Shown one piece after another: positions 55,750-55,816 of a stretch of DNA of 55,816 bases. Position 1 is the stretch's first letter; every line of letters begins with the position of its first letter. The translations under genes and the position numbers were made by a program. Below the pieces are notes generated by a model. That model saw only the letters and a program-made list of their open reading frames with translations, was not told where the DNA came from and made no database searches. The DNA comes from Mollicutes bacterium. GTDB lineage: Bacteria > Bacillota_I > Bacilli_A > RFN20 > CAG-826. The stretch spans positions 1 to 55,816 of the forward strand of contig JALEXS010000046.1 in NCBI GenBank assembly GCA_022780025.1, given 5' to 3'.

Positions 55750-55816
55750 TCAAGTTAATGGACATTCGAAATGTGTAAAACCATTAATCTAAACACACAT
55801 AATGTTTGATTCCATT
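55694..55816. repeat. Phased repeat array AATGGACA-N3-4-AAAT(T)GTGT: three direct copies plus one inverted partial copy
   Basis: Direct copies start at 55694, 55726 and 55757 (32- and 31-bp spacing). An inverted, degenerate copy lies at 55791-55816 (reverse complement AATGGAATCAAACATTATGTGTG). Copy 3 is embedded in hairpin TTAATGG-N19-CCATTAA (55755-55787). TATAAT at 55745-55750 overlaps the WYL stop. Confidence 0.7.

Overview
Very AT-rich chromosomal segment (by eye about 70-75% A+T). It probably comes from a low-GC anaerobic Firmicute of Mollicutes-like or Erysipelotrichia-like character. TGA is read as stop, for example at the end of rex. I see about 50 real genes, mostly on the plus strand, and no rRNA, CRISPR array, transposase or integrase. 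All product calls rest on motifs recognised by eye; no searches were run.

Gene content, left to right:
- multi-OB surface lipoprotein, DUF2974 hydrolase, flavin reductase, cold-shock protein, P-type ATPase, Nnr
- an unannotated 44-aa ORF with a consensus promoter, then an orphan OmpR-type response regulator
- a redox/fermentation block: rex-adhE, then an [FeFe]-hydrogenase-like gene, an agmatinase-family gene and ung
- TPP riboswitch plus an extended ThiT
- tsaE-tsaB-rimI-tsaD
- galM-galK
- a roughly 10-kb accessory stretch: Wzy/O-antigen-ligase-like protein, small membrane protein, tRNA-Arg(CCG), a four-gene SMC/Toprim operon, DUF1836, galE, a P-loop kinase and tRNA-Gln(CUG)
- acyltransferase, XRE regulator, glf
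- CIRCE-controlled clpB lacking the N-domain
- pit plus DUF47, then gap-pgk-tpiA
- two large membrane-anchored proteins of unknown function
- psuG-psuK, a ROK glucokinase, and at the right edge a small ORF coupled to a WYL-domain regulator, followed by a phased repeat array

Main hunt result: the operon at 26585-32999 reads as a divergent Wadjet (JetABCD)-like anti-plasmid system.

Secondary signals:
- a recurrent DNA-level motif, GGTTT(T/C)TGCA(G/A)GGTTTTT, found both in 3' intergenic regions and inside CDSs
- a recurring leaderless-type promoter architecture
- tRNA genes fused 1-2 nt behind CDS stops
- the WYL-associated repeats at the window edge
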